Below, piece by piece: positions 9,123-19,339 of a DNA stretch of 64,000 nucleotides. A program made the translations under genes and the position numbers. The DNA is from Bacteroidia bacterium. GTDB taxonomy: Bacteria; Bacteroidota; Bacteroidia; CAIKAF01. Numbering within the stretch: position 1 is the stretch's first letter; every line of letters starts with the position of its first letter. The stretch lies in NCBI GenBank assembly GCA_030427255.1, contig JAUHWY010000014.1:10463-74462 (forward strand), written 5' to 3'. The notes under the pieces were generated by a model, which saw only the letters and a program-made list of their open reading frames with translations, was not told the DNA's origin and did no database searches.

Positions 9123-10088
9123 TTAAAAAAAGAATAGCTCTTCCCAGTATCTGGAAAAGCTCCCGGCGCGTTTATTGATTTTAATATTTTGTACTTTTTG
9201 GAGGGCTTCTAAAATCATCATTTCAGGTTCGTTAAAGCCCATTGAGGCCCTTACGAAAGTAGTACTTGACAGTCTTGGGTTTACTTCATAGGCGTAGGGG
9301 ATATTGCCCACTATTTTGAATTGTATGTTGGCTGAATAGTTGGTTCCCAACGCTTCGGCTACATCAATACAGTACTTCTCTAGGTTGCTGTTTAGCAATA
9401 CCCTACCACGGTATGAAAGCCCAAACTTAAGGTCACGTTGAATAATAAGGCAATCTTTAATTTTCCCGCATTTTGAGATGTAGACCCCTGCGGTGTAGTC
9501 ATTCTCGTCGGCTAGGAACTCTTGAAGGACAAAGTAGTTGTGCGGATAGGCGCTTAGAATTGCATCGAGTTGTTTTTGGTTGTTTATTTTGAATGTATCA
9601 GAGTTCGAGACCCCTCGTATAGGCTTTAAGAATAGAGGAAAATCATTATTTAAAGTAAAGTTGTTAATGTCGTTTTTGTTGCCTGCAATAATTGTTTCAG
9701 GGCAAGTGATTCCAACATCTTTGAGTCTTTTCATAGACTCATACTTATCGCTGCAAAGCCTGTATACATCCAGTCCAGAGGCCAAAACATGAACCCCCAT
9801 AGCATTTAGCAGGTCTTTTTTTTGGTGAAGAATGTTGTGTTCGCCTTCCAGTATCGGGAAAATAAATTGGATTTTTCTTTCTCTGATAAGGGTGAGTAGT
9901 GCATCCCAATACCCTTCTTCTTTAATTAAAGGAAGGATTGCTTTATGTACATTTTCAAAATGAAGTCCTGCCGCAAAATGATCAATGTCGGCTGCAATTA
10001 TCTCAATTTTGAGTGTGCTTTTTTTTAAAGATTTAATTATTCCTTGTCCAAGTGGGCTTCCGGCAGCCATTACCAATACGTGGTGCAT
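9123..10088 (-). CDS. ATP-grasp ligase (CarB/PylC-like)
   Basis: CSDKY, LFLKPIRG, LQEFL, YEVNPRLS. Start set at M13 of the track ORF. Confidence 0.85.
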   Translation of the reverse strand: MHHVLVMAAGSPLGQGIIKSLKKSTLKIEIIAADIDHFAAGLHFENVHKAILPLIKEEGYWDALLTLIRERKIQFIFPILEGEHNILHQKKDLLNAMGVHVLASGLDVYRLCSDKYESMKRLKDVGITCPETIIAGNKNDINNFTLNNDFPLFLKPIRGVSNSDTFKINNQKQLDAILSAYPHNYFVLQEFLADENDYTAGVYISKCGKIKDCLIIQRDLKFGLSYRGRVLLNSNLEKYCIDVAEALGTNYSANIQFKIVGNIPYAYEVNPRLSSTTFVRASMGFNEPEMMILEALQKVQNIKINKRAGSFSRYWEELFFF

Positions 10089-10460
10089 TTTGTTGATTTT
10101 ATTAGCCAATTTTAATGATAACAAATTAAACTAAATAAAGGACATGGTTCACAAAATAGTGTTAGATACTGTCCCCAAAAAGTGTGTAAAAAAGGAAAGG
10201 CTTTAATCTTGTTTTGGCAGCTTTACCCTAGCTACTTGATTTGTTAGCCCGTTAATTTTCGTGTTAAATTTCTGATTTAAAGCCGTTTGATCTGTATTAG
10301 GAAACAGCTAAGAAATGGATCAAATAAGTATAAGACTTTTTGATGCTTAATAAGTTTGTTAGAGTTTGAGGTTTCATCTTAAATGGAATATAAACATTCA
10401 AAATTAGAAGCAATAACCTATGACCCATTAACATTAAGAAGCGAAGAAAACCAGTTGAGT

Positions 10461-11744
10461 TTAATGTCCCTTTATAATAACCCTAGCAGCAGTACGCATG
10501 CGTTGTTTTAGGTCGAGTTTTAGTCGGTTGGAAGCGCTGGGCACTACGTGCTTTTCGGCCTCGGTGCCTACTATTTTTTGCATAATCCAAGCGGCCTCGT
10601 CTACGGTTTGGGCATTGAAGTCGTTGCCGTTTAGGTAGAGGCAAGCGTCGTAGAAGCCGGTTTTGGGTATTGCGGTGCGTGTAACTTCCTCGGCAAAAGC
10701 TTTTTGGCGTTGGTTGAGCAGCTGTTCGGTGTATTGGAGTAAGCCGGGGTCGTCTTGGGCAGATTTGCGGATTTTTTCTACGGCATCGTTCCATTCCGCC
10801 TCGTCGTAGACGTAAATATCGCCCACTATTTTTTCCATGAGCTTTTTCCGGTTTACCTTGAGTTCGGCATCGTTGGGGAAAAACAAGTCGCGCGCCTTAA
10901 AGTAAGGTTCGTAAACTACAGGAAACCAGCCTCGGTTGTAGGGGATTTGGGGGTGGTGTGGAATGGAGCTTTGCACATTCAGCGACTTAAAATCCTGAAT
11001 GATTTGGTCGGACATTTTGCGGTAGGTATGGGCCGAGCCGTTGGATTTTCCGGATCGTCCGGAGATATTGAGTGGCGTTCCGGTGAGTACAAATTCAGGG
11101 CAATGTGCTGCCACGGCGTAGCCGGAATAAACGTCCGGCGTGATGGATTCAAAGACCCTACCGGTTTTTGACTTGATTTTTTCTAAGATGTCGCGGTGCA
11201 CGTATCCTCCGTTGTAGAGGTGTGGAAAACGGTTGTAGGAGACGGCGCCCAGGTTGGCGAAACGTTTAAGTAAGCTATGTGAGTCAATCGTTTCGGCGGG
11301 TTTTGGCGTTGGAATGACCAACAGAGGGAAGGTAAAGTAGGAGCGGTCAAAAATGGCGTTGTCGGGCCAAATAAAGGAAGCTTGGACAGACTTAACTACG
11401 GGGAGTCCGGATTCTGTTAGTGCTTTGTGTGCGAGTCTTAGGGCATAGGGCAGTAGTCCGTCGTCGTCGCCGGTATAGCTTAGGTATTGGCCTGAAGCCA
11501 AGGTATAGGCAAATTCCCAGTTTTCGGACATGGCCAGAATGCGTTCTGTGCGCCGATATACCACTTTGGGGTGTTGGAGCAAGTTTTCCATGGACTCCGG
11601 CATGGGGTATTCGGGGTCAGAGTTGTCGGCTACCACTACTTCGAAATCCTCAAAGTCTTGATTAAGTGCCGATTTTAAGGCAAACTCTAAGGTGTGGTAT
11701 CGGTTTCTGGTAGGAATAATGATGCTAAAAAGCGGGCTTTTCAT
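10461..11744 (-). CDS. GT2 glycosyltransferase
   Basis: FSIIIPTRNR, VVVADNSD, NWE, YTGDDD. Confidence 0.88.
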   Translation of the reverse strand: MKSPLFSIIIPTRNRYHTLEFALKSALNQDFEDFEVVVADNSDPEYPMPESMENLLQHPKVVYRRTERILAMSENWEFAYTLASGQYLSYTGDDDGLLPYALRLAHKALTESGLPVVKSVQASFIWPDNAIFDRSYFTFPLLVIPTPKPAETIDSHSLLKRFANLGAVSYNRFPHLYNGGYVHRDILEKIKSKTGRVFESITPDVYSGYAVAAHCPEFVLTGTPLNISGRSGKSNGSAHTYRKMSDQIIQDFKSLNVQSSIPHHPQIPYNRGWFPVVYEPYFKARDLFFPNDAELKVNRKKLMEKIVGDIYVYDEAEWNDAVEKIRKSAQDDPGLLQYTEQLLNQRQKAFAEEVTRTAIPKTGFYDACLYLNGNDFNAQTVDEAAWIMQKIVGTEAEKHVVPSASNRLKLDLKQRMRTAARVIIKGH

Positions 11745-11752
11745 AGGTCGGC

Positions 11753-12535
11753 TTATTGATTGTGTTCCGGCGGTTCTGTAGGTTCAATGCTGACCCGAAT
11801 GTGGTACCATTTTCCTTGGTCTTGGAATCGGATACCGGGATGAGGGGCAAAGGTTCGGGCACGTAATAAGTTAAGGAAATCTCGTGCGTTGTAGGTTTTT
11901 TCCAGGTCAATGGTGGAGTGTTTTTCCATTTCGTAGCCCCAGCGGAAGCTGCCTTCGCCGGTCGGTTGTGGTTTGGCTTGGAACTGTCCTTGGCGCAATT
12001 TGGGGTAAGATTCCTTAAAGAGTTCAAGCATGGCGGATTGCGCCTTATGGTAAAGTGAGGCTCCCGTGTCGGTCCAGTCTTTTTCGATGGTTTTTTGGAA
12101 TAAAATATCCCCATCGTCGATTCCTTCGGTGACTTTATGTAGGGATACTCCAAAGGGGCTTTCTTCTACTATGGTCCAAAAGTTGTAATGTTTTCCGCGG
12201 TTGTGTGGCAGTAGGCTTGGATGAAAGTTCATGCAGGCTTTTGTGGGCCAGGCAATGGTTTCTTTTTTTATAAGGAAAGGCCACCAAGCAAGGATAATCC
12301 AATCGGGGGGACTGTTTTGCTTCAAAAAATCCAGTAGGGGTTTTTGCTCTTTGGTTTTGGCAAGGAACCTTTTGTTTTCCGGGAATTGGTGGTGGTTGAG
12401 TAGTTTTTCAATGGCGGGGTATTTGCCGGTGGTGACTACCGAAAGCACATCTTGAGGGAAGTATTGAAGCAGAAACTCCAGACTTTGGAGCCCTACCTGT
12501 TGGTCGGCAAAGACAGAAACTCGAAAATCAGCCAT
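11753..12535 (-). CDS. NDP-amino-sugar N-formyltransferase
   Basis: NFHPSLLP (Asn/His), HKVTEGIDDGDI (Asp), C-terminal LRARTF. Confidence 0.88.
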   Translation of the reverse strand: MADFRVSVFADQQVGLQSLEFLLQYFPQDVLSVVTTGKYPAIEKLLNHHQFPENKRFLAKTKEQKPLLDFLKQNSPPDWIILAWWPFLIKKETIAWPTKACMNFHPSLLPHNRGKHYNFWTIVEESPFGVSLHKVTEGIDDGDILFQKTIEKDWTDTGASLYHKAQSAMLELFKESYPKLRQGQFQAKPQPTGEGSFRWGYEMEKHSTIDLEKTYNARDFLNLLRARTFAPHPGIRFQDQGKWYHIRVSIEPTEPPEHNQ

Positions 12536-13637
12536 GGAAAAAGTTGCGGATGGTTTGACAAACCCGATCTATTTCGTTTGGGCTAATTTCATGGAAGCTA
12601 GGGAGGTTTACGCCCCGGTCAAAAATTCCGTAGGCTACTTTATTTTCGGGCCGGCTTTGGAACATGGGCAAGCTGGAGAGCGGGTAAAAGAAGGGTCTAG
12701 CTTCGATGTTGTTCGCATTCATCGCTTGGAAAAGTTGTTCGCGATTGAAGCTATGTTGACTGTCTACCACAAAGGTGGGCAGCCAATAGCCGTTTTGGTC
12801 GCCTTCTTCTTCCGGGTTCCAATGCAAGGGGAGGTTGTTAAGTTCTTGTTGGTAGGAAAGAAAAATGTCTCGTTTTTTTTGGACCAGCTCAGAAATTTTG
12901 GAGAGTTGCGCCACGCCAAGCGCAGCTTGGGTATTGGACATGCGGTATTTAAAGCCGTATTGGCGCATCCAGTACATTTTGGCTTCGGGGTCTTTTGGGT
13001 CTCGGCCATGGTCGTTGAGCACCCGAAGTTTGTGCATAAATTCCGGGTCTGAAGCAATGACCATGCCCCCTTCTCCTGTAGAAATGGTTTTGGTACCGTG
13101 GAAAGAAAAGGTGCCGGCGGTTCCCATAGATCCGGCATGTTTTCCTTTTCGGTAGGAGCCAATGCCTTCGGCGGCATCTTCCAGTATGGATATATGGTGT
13201 TTTTCGGCGATTTGGAGGAGTGTCTCCATATCGCAAAGGTTGCCGTAGACATGCACCGCAATGATGGCCTTGGTTTTTGGGCTAATGGCTTGTTCCACAG
13301 ACTTTGGGTCGATGCACCAAGAGTCGGGGAGGACATCTACAAAGATGGGTTTTGCCCCAAGATAAAGGACGGGTTCTACCGATGCAATCCAAGTAATTTC
13401 AGGAACAATAACTTCATCACCCGGGCCAACGCCCATGGCAGCTAAGGCTAGATGGATAGCTCCTGTGCACGATGAGGTGCAGTGGGCTAATGCGGCTCCG
13501 GTGAAGGAGGCGAACTCTTGTTCGAAGCGGTCTAGGTATTTGTTTCGGTGTTCTCCGTGTCCGGTTTTTACGGCGTCCAATACCAAAGCTTCCTCCCCGG
13601 AGTCAGCATAAGGCTTGTTTATGGGGATATTCGTCAT
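12528..13637 (-). CDS. DegT/DnrJ/EryC1/StrS sugar aminotransferase (perosamine-synthase-like)
   Basis: SSCTGAIHLAL, EDAAEGIG, SFHGTKTISTGEGG, GFKYRMSNTQAALG. Confidence 0.92.
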   Translation of the reverse strand: MTNIPINKPYADSGEEALVLDAVKTGHGEHRNKYLDRFEQEFASFTGAALAHCTSSCTGAIHLALAAMGVGPGDEVIVPEITWIASVEPVLYLGAKPIFVDVLPDSWCIDPKSVEQAISPKTKAIIAVHVYGNLCDMETLLQIAEKHHISILEDAAEGIGSYRKGKHAGSMGTAGTFSFHGTKTISTGEGGMVIASDPEFMHKLRVLNDHGRDPKDPEAKMYWMRQYGFKYRMSNTQAALGVAQLSKISELVQKKRDIFLSYQQELNNLPLHWNPEEEGDQNGYWLPTFVVDSQHSFNREQLFQAMNANNIEARPFFYPLSSLPMFQSRPENKVAYGIFDRGVNLPSFHEISPNEIDRVCQTIRNFFHG

Positions 13638-13640
13638 ATC

Positions 13641-14870
13641 TTAACTGACCTTTAGTTCCGGAATAAAGGTAACTAATTTTGCCCCCCAAGTACGGGTAGG
13701 CTCCAGTAGCTTTTCTAGTTCGGGTTTGAGGTTCCAAGGAAAAATAAGGATATAATCCGGTTTGTCCTCCATAAGGTGCTCTAGGGCTACGATTGGGATA
13801 CGGGAGCCGGGCATGAAGCGACCTTTTTTAAAGGCCGAAGCGTCGACAACGTAGCGAATAATGTCGTGGTCTTTAACTCCGCAGTAATTGAGTAGGGTAT
13901 TTCCTTTAGCCGCCGCGCCATAGGCAGCAACTTTGGCGCCTTGGGCTTCTTTTTCAAGGAGGAAGTGCCAAAGTTGAGCCCGCACCTTGCGGATTTTGGC
14001 TTGCATGTTGGCGTAGTAGGCCTCCGTTTGCATTCCCGCCTCTATTTCGATGGCAAGGAGTTGTGCAACCGAAGGTTTTTCCGGTAGGGTTTGAGCGTCT
14101 TTATGGCAAATGAACAGCCGTAAAGAGCCACCATGGGTAGGGATTTGCTCCAGATCGTAGACCCTAAGTCCATGCGTTTTTAATACGGCTTGAACGGAGG
14201 ATAGGGAGAAATAGGAGAAGTGTTCGTGGTAAATGGTATCGAACTGGTTTAAGTCCACCAAGTTTTTAAGGTGCGGGAATTCTAGGGTAATGGTTCCTTC
14301 GGGCTTTAGTAACTGTTTTAGCCCAGCGGTGAAGTCATTCAAGTCGGGTACATGGGCATACACATTGTTGCCAATAATTAAATCGGCTTGTTTTCCCTTT
14401 TGAGCCAGGTCCAGGGCCAGGGATTCCCCAAAAAACGATTCAAGGGTTTCAATACCAAGGGCTCTGGAGGCTTCAGCGGTGCTGTGCGTTGGTTCAATGC
14501 CCAGGCAGGGGATGTTTTTTTCTTTGAAGTTTTTGAGGAGGTATCCGTCGTTTGAAGCTATTTCTACCACAAAATGGTGGTTGTTGAGCTCCAAGCTTTG
14601 GGTAATTTGGTTTACGTAGTTTTTTGCGTGGTTCAACCAGCTGGAAGACATGGAGGAGAAGTATCCATACTCCGGAGTAAAGACATCTTCTGCGGAGGTG
14701 AAGTCTTGGGTTTGAACCAGCCAACATTGGGTGCACACTAGAGTGCGCAAAGGGAAGAAAGGCTCGGGCTTGGAGAGGTCCTCCGGCTTAAGATAGGCAT
14801 TGGAAGGAGGAGCGGTATTTAGGTCTGCAAAAGTAAGGGAGAGTGGGCTATGGCAATGTCGGCAGTTCAT
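13641..14870 (-). CDS. NDP-hexose 3-C-methyltransferase
   Basis: Start at MNCRHC (Zn finger, with a later CTQC). VEIASNDG, NNVYAH, DTIYHEH, HGGSLR, YGAAAKGNT. Confidence 0.9.
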   Translation of the reverse strand: MNCRHCHSPLSLTFADLNTAPPSNAYLKPEDLSKPEPFFPLRTLVCTQCWLVQTQDFTSAEDVFTPEYGYFSSMSSSWLNHAKNYVNQITQSLELNNHHFVVEIASNDGYLLKNFKEKNIPCLGIEPTHSTAEASRALGIETLESFFGESLALDLAQKGKQADLIIGNNVYAHVPDLNDFTAGLKQLLKPEGTITLEFPHLKNLVDLNQFDTIYHEHFSYFSLSSVQAVLKTHGLRVYDLEQIPTHGGSLRLFICHKDAQTLPEKPSVAQLLAIEIEAGMQTEAYYANMQAKIRKVRAQLWHFLLEKEAQGAKVAAYGAAAKGNTLLNYCGVKDHDIIRYVVDASAFKKGRFMPGSRIPIVALEHLMEDKPDYILIFPWNLKPELEKLLEPTRTWGAKLVTFIPELKVS

Positions 14871-14886
14871 AGTTGGTGTGTTGGTG

Positions 14887-15411
14887 CTAAATCCAGGGGT
14901 GTTGTTTGTCTCGTTCGGACATTTCCGAGACGGGCAAAGGTAATTGAATCTTAAGTTTGGGATCGAGGAGGTGGAATCCTCCTTCTGCTTCGGGGGTGTA
15001 AAATGCAGTATGAAGGTAGAGGAGTCTGGCCGGACCTTCGAGCACTTGAAAACCATGGGCAAATCCTTCGGGGATGATCATCATGGTATGGTTTTCGGGG
15101 CTAAGCTCTGTGGCGAACCATTGAAATCGTGTTGGAGAGTTGGGTCGGATGTCGAGGGCAATATCGAACACTTTTCCTTCGAGGCATCGTACCCATTTCA
15201 TTTCTTGATGGGGTGCTTTTTGGTAATGTAGTCCTCGCACAGCCCCTGTTTTGGAGGTGATGGATTGGTTGATTTGAACGATGCTTCGGTTATGTAATGG
15301 TTGTTGAAGCTCAAGGGCGCAAAACAGCCGTTCAAAACTGCCTCTATGATCTCCAAAGGCGTTTCCTTTTGCTAAAAAAAGGCCTTCAAGCGGGGTTTTT
15401 TCGAGAGTCAT
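14887..15411 (-). CDS. rfbC: NDP-4-keto-6-deoxyhexose 3,5-epimerase (RmlC cupin)
   Basis: DHRGSF, VRGLHYQ, DIRPNSPT, IPEGFAHGFQ. Confidence 0.9.
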   Translation of the reverse strand: MTLEKTPLEGLFLAKGNAFGDHRGSFERLFCALELQQPLHNRSIVQINQSITSKTGAVRGLHYQKAPHQEMKWVRCLEGKVFDIALDIRPNSPTRFQWFATELSPENHTMMIIPEGFAHGFQVLEGPARLLYLHTAFYTPEAEGGFHLLDPKLKIQLPLPVSEMSERDKQHPWI

Positions 15412-16489
15412 AAGACGAAGAGGTTAACTCTTGCAAAAAGGACTGAAGCTGTTTTTGGGACAGAACTTCGTGTTTTTGGTAATAGGCTTTGTACCATTCG
15501 GCGGTGTACCTTAAGGCATGGTCGAGCGACCAAACCGGCTTCCAGCCAAGCGCGCGTTTTGCTTTGGAGTGGTCTAAATAGAGCATTCCGGATTCATGCA
15601 GATCGGGTTTATGTTCAGGCATTTTCCAGTCCAAATCGGGCCAATGTTTTTTTAACGAAGAGAGCACTTCGATAACCATTCTATTGTCTTCCGGCACGGG
15701 GCCAAAATTCCAGGCTTGCGCAAAATTTCTTTCGTTGTTCCAAAGTTTGCCTGCAAGCATCAAATAGCCCCATAAGCATTCCAGCACATGCTGCCAAGGA
15801 CGGGTTGCCTGCGGGTATCTTAATTGAATGGGGTTGCCAATGGCTACAGCTCTAACCAAGTCGGGAATGAGCCGGTCTTCGGACCAGTCCCCTCCGCCAA
15901 TTACATTTCCGGCACGTGCAGAAGCAATGGCAGGAGCATTAGGGTCTTGAAAATAGGATTGTCGGTAGCAATCGATGGCGAACTCCATTGCAGATTTGGA
16001 GTAGCTGTACGGGTCATGGCCTCCTAAGGGGTCGTTTTCTCTATAGCCCCAGTCCCATTCTTGATTTTTATAGACTTTATCGGTAGTTACAAAAACGGCG
16101 GCTTTGGTGGCTGAGCAGTTTCTGATGGCTTCCAATAGGTGGATAGACCCCATTACATTGGTTTCCCAGGTATTGATAGGCTCGCGATAGCTCCGGCGGA
16201 CCAAAGGCTGAGCTGCCAGGTGAAATACCATTTCGGGGTTGATTTCTTTTACGGCCTTTTCCAGGTCGAGGCGATTCCGAATATCGATTCTTAGGTCTTG
16301 AATAGGGAGGTTCAAGAGGGAAAAGTGATCGGGCTTTTGGTCGGGGTCTAAGGCAATACCGGAGACTTTGGCGCCAAGATGATGCAGCCAAAGAGCGAGC
16401 CAGCTTCCTTTGAATCCGGTGTGGCCGGTTACAAGGACGCGTTTTCCTTCAAATAGCTGGAGCAGCTTTTTTATTTCCAAATTTTCCAT
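15386..16489 (-). CDS. rfbG: CDP-glucose 4,6-dehydratase
   Basis: [50 protein letters not shown]. Confidence 0.95.
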   Translation of the reverse strand: MENLEIKKLLQLFEGKRVLVTGHTGFKGSWLALWLHHLGAKVSGIALDPDQKPDHFSLLNLPIQDLRIDIRNRLDLEKAVKEINPEMVFHLAAQPLVRRSYREPINTWETNVMGSIHLLEAIRNCSATKAAVFVTTDKVYKNQEWDWGYRENDPLGGHDPYSYSKSAMEFAIDCYRQSYFQDPNAPAIASARAGNVIGGGDWSEDRLIPDLVRAVAIGNPIQLRYPQATRPWQHVLECLWGYLMLAGKLWNNERNFAQAWNFGPVPEDNRMVIEVLSSLKKHWPDLDWKMPEHKPDLHESGMLYLDHSKAKRALGWKPVWSLDHALRYTAEWYKAYYQKHEVLSQKQLQSFLQELTSSSYDSRKNPA

Positions 16490-17241
16490 GGTGCGTTTCC
16501 TTCTTGCCAAAGCTTTTCCAGGTGGTTTTTATCGCGTAGGGTATCCATGGCTTGCCAGAATCCTGTATGATAGTAGGCGGCAAGTTGCTTTTCGGCGGTA
16601 ATTTTAAGGAGAGGTTCCAGTTCCCAGCTGGTTTTGTCGTCTTTGATGTAATTAACCACGGAGGGTTCGAGTACAAAGAATCCGCCGTTTACCCAAGCTC
16701 CGTCTCCTGCGGGCTTTTCTTGAAACTGCTCTACTAAATTTCCATTGAGGCCAAGAGCACCATAGCGTCCTTGGGGTTGAATGGCTGTAATGGTAGCGAG
16801 TTTTCCTTGTTCTTTGTGGAATTTGACCAGTGCTTGGATATCGATATCGGCTACGCCATCGCCGTAGGTAAAGCAAAAGCTGTCGTTGCCCAAATAATCG
16901 GCCACTCTTTTTAGTCTGCCGCCGGTGAGTGTGCTTTCTCCGGTATCGACCAAGGTTACTTTCCAAGGTTCGGCATTTCGGTGGTGGACTTCCATGTTGT
17001 TGTTGGCCATGTCAATAGTGACATCGGACATATGCAAGAAGTAGTTGGCGAAATATTCTTTGATTTGGTAGCCCTTGTAGCCGCAGCATATAATGAAATC
17101 GTTGATTCCATGGGTGCTGTAAATTTTCATTATGTGCCAAAGGATGGGTTTGCCTCCAATTTCGACCATGGGCTTGGGTTTGTACATGCTTTCTTCGGAA
17201 ATGCGGGTGCCAAGACCTCCGGCTAAGATTACAGCTTTCAT
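16471..17241 (-). CDS. rfbF: Glucose-1-phosphate cytidylyltransferase
   Basis: [43 protein letters not shown]. Confidence 0.95.
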   Translation of the reverse strand: MKAVILAGGLGTRISEESMYKPKPMVEIGGKPILWHIMKIYSTHGINDFIICCGYKGYQIKEYFANYFLHMSDVTIDMANNNMEVHHRNAEPWKVTLVDTGESTLTGGRLKRVADYLGNDSFCFTYGDGVADIDIQALVKFHKEQGKLATITAIQPQGRYGALGLNGNLVEQFQEKPAGDGAWVNGGFFVLEPSVVNYIKDDKTSWELEPLLKITAEKQLAAYYHTGFWQAMDTLRDKNHLEKLWQEGNAPWKIWK

Positions 17242-17388
17242 AGGTTAGTTGCTCTTGTTCTTAAGACGCTAATTAAAGGTTTTCTAAGGTGAAATGGAGG
17301 GAATTCAAGGACTTTTTAAGGATAAAGAAGGTATTTTCTTTTTTGAGGTCCTTTAGGAGGGATGGTTTTAGTTTTTCAAAATTGGGCT

Positions 17389-18327
17389 TTAGGCCTTGCT
17401 TTTGATTTTTTGTAGTGCAGGGCCAATCAGGGGAATATTGTAAACCAAAGCCACAAAAAGGGGTTTGTTGGTTTTTTGGTTATAGCCTGCAGGACATAGG
17501 AAAAAGGAGCGAAGTCCAAAGGATAGGACTTTTGTAGACTCTTGGTTTTGGAAGGCTTTCATGGCTAAATGAAAATAGCACATACTGATTAATCGGCGGG
17601 TTTCCTTTTTGGGAAGTTTGCCTTTGAAAGCCGGTTTTTTAAAAATTTTTTTCAGGGCGTCCAGTTCCCGCTCCCATTTGTTGCTTGCACCATGGGTAAA
17701 GCTATCGGATGCTGCCACATACACGGTGGTTCTTTTGGTGATTTGGTGAACTTGAGCACCCGAAAAGTAAATTCGAAGGCTGGTTTCCATATCCTCGGCA
17801 ATTTGTATGTTGGGGTCAAAGGGGTGTTCCCTCATTAAATCGGCATGAACAGCCCATCGCTGTGGGTTCACCGTATGTCGTAAAAAATAATTGGGCACAG
17901 GCATGGATTCCAAGGGTGGGCATAAGCGCTCCGACCGCTCTCCCTCTTCGGTTTCGTTCCAGGCGTTGGTAAAAAAGAAGGCCTTAGGAAAACCGGCTGC
18001 CTCAATGGCCTCATACAATTCTTGATAGTGTTGAGGAAGGTGGTAGTCGTCGCTGTCTAAAAAAGCAATGTATTGACCCGATGCAAGTTCTATTCCCCGA
18101 TTTCGGGTGCGGCAGCGTTCTTGGTTGGTTTGGTTTTGAAAAACTTTAACTCTGGAGTCCTTAAAGCCTTTCATGTATTCAAAACTGCCATCTGAAGATG
18201 CGTCATCAATGAGCAGAAGCTCCCAATCTTGAAAGGACTGATCCAGCATGGACTGTATGGCCTTTCCGATGCGATGCTTTCGGTTGTAAACCGGAATTAC
18301 GACAGAGAAGAACGGAGACTTTCGCAT
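17389..18327 (-). CDS. GT2 glycosyltransferase
   Basis: VIPVYN, IDDASSD, FLDSDD, AED. Confidence 0.9.
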   Translation of the reverse strand: MRKSPFFSVVIPVYNRKHRIGKAIQSMLDQSFQDWELLLIDDASSDGSFEYMKGFKDSRVKVFQNQTNQERCRTRNRGIELASGQYIAFLDSDDYHLPQHYQELYEAIEAAGFPKAFFFTNAWNETEEGERSERLCPPLESMPVPNYFLRHTVNPQRWAVHADLMREHPFDPNIQIAEDMETSLRIYFSGAQVHQITKRTTVYVAASDSFTHGASNKWERELDALKKIFKKPAFKGKLPKKETRRLISMCYFHLAMKAFQNQESTKVLSFGLRSFFLCPAGYNQKTNKPLFVALVYNIPLIGPALQKIKSKA

Positions 18328-19328
18328 CGTTTGTAGTATTCTAGTACTTGTTTGGCTTGTTTATCGTAGGTACTTCGGGCTTGAAGGATAAAAGATAAGT
18401 TGACCAATAACCGTTGTTTTTCGTTGCTGCGGATTTTTTTATCGGTAATGGTATGAAGCCTAAAAAAGTCTCTTAAGTTATAGAGCCACTCCCGGAGCCA
18501 AAAAAAGGAGGGGACCTTTTTTAAATCGCCATAAGCGATGCGGTAATGCAAATTGTTTAGAGGCCCATTGGCCCCTTGTCCAACCAACAGTCTTTTGAGG
18601 TGTTCGTCGTTGAGTCGTTCAGCGGGAATGTAGTGGTCGAATTTCATTTCTTCGAGGTACCAAACTTGGTATCCCAAGAAGCGAATGGCCCAACAAAGTT
18701 CGCCATCTTCTCCTCCTCCTTTGAGTTTTTTTCCTGTACGGCTGGTAATTAAAAAGCGGTAGTCTAGGTCTTTCATTTGGTGGTAGGCCTTCATTCGGAC
18801 CCACATGCCGGCGCCATACACCACATTTCGGGTGGGGTTTACATTGCCGGAGCCTGGAGCTTGGGGCCCACAAGCAAAGCGATAGGCGTAGGTGTCAAAC
18901 CATTTAGGAAGTGGCACCGTAGTTTTTGGAAAGCCTTGTCCACCTAGAACACCCACCTTGGGGTTTTGCACCAAGCATTGGTAGCCCAATTGCAGGTAAT
19001 CGGAGACAAAGGCATTGTCATCGTCACAGGTTATAATAAAGGCATAACGGGCATGCTTGAACCCGGTTTCCTGGGCGTTTAGTTTCCCGGGTTTGGGTTC
19101 ATTAAGAACCGTTAAGGGGTAGGGTTCTCCAAGTTTTTGCCATAAGTCTAGGGCGGTTTGCTTGGTATTGTCGGTAGAGGCATTGTCTACAATCAACAAT
19201 TCAACCTCCGGAATTCCGTCCAAGTTTTGATGGGCAAGGGCCTCTAAGGTGGGCGCTAACCTGTGAGCTCCGTTATAGGTAGAGATAAGTACAGTAACGC
19301 CTAGAGGTAGGTTGGGAATTTGAGGCAT
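18297..19328 (-). CDS. GT2 glycosyltransferase
   Basis: IVDNASTD, TCDDD, YGAGM, GGEDGEL. Confidence 0.88.
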   Translation of the reverse strand: MPQIPNLPLGVTVLISTYNGAHRLAPTLEALAHQNLDGIPEVELLIVDNASTDNTKQTALDLWQKLGEPYPLTVLNEPKPGKLNAQETGFKHARYAFIITCDDDNAFVSDYLQLGYQCLVQNPKVGVLGGQGFPKTTVPLPKWFDTYAYRFACGPQAPGSGNVNPTRNVVYGAGMWVRMKAYHQMKDLDYRFLITSRTGKKLKGGGEDGELCWAIRFLGYQVWYLEEMKFDHYIPAERLNDEHLKRLLVGQGANGPLNNLHYRIAYGDLKKVPSFFWLREWLYNLRDFFRLHTITDKKIRSNEKQRLLVNLSFILQARSTYDKQAKQVLEYYKRCESLRSSLS

Positions 19329-19339
19329 GGTAGTGGTAC

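Noticed and set aside
10168-10260. ACTGTCCCCAAAAAGTGTGTAAA resembles an IS3-type terminal repeat at the other edge of the AT-rich block
   Set aside because: No partner repeat and only a vague KINGLT peptide nearby; too weak to call.
13641-15062. Long N-terminal extensions on several track ORFs (also 23172, 36151, 40138, 47431, 51492, 51568, 57754)
   Set aside because: They overlap neighbouring genes; downstream starts give stop/start coupling and family-typical N-termini.
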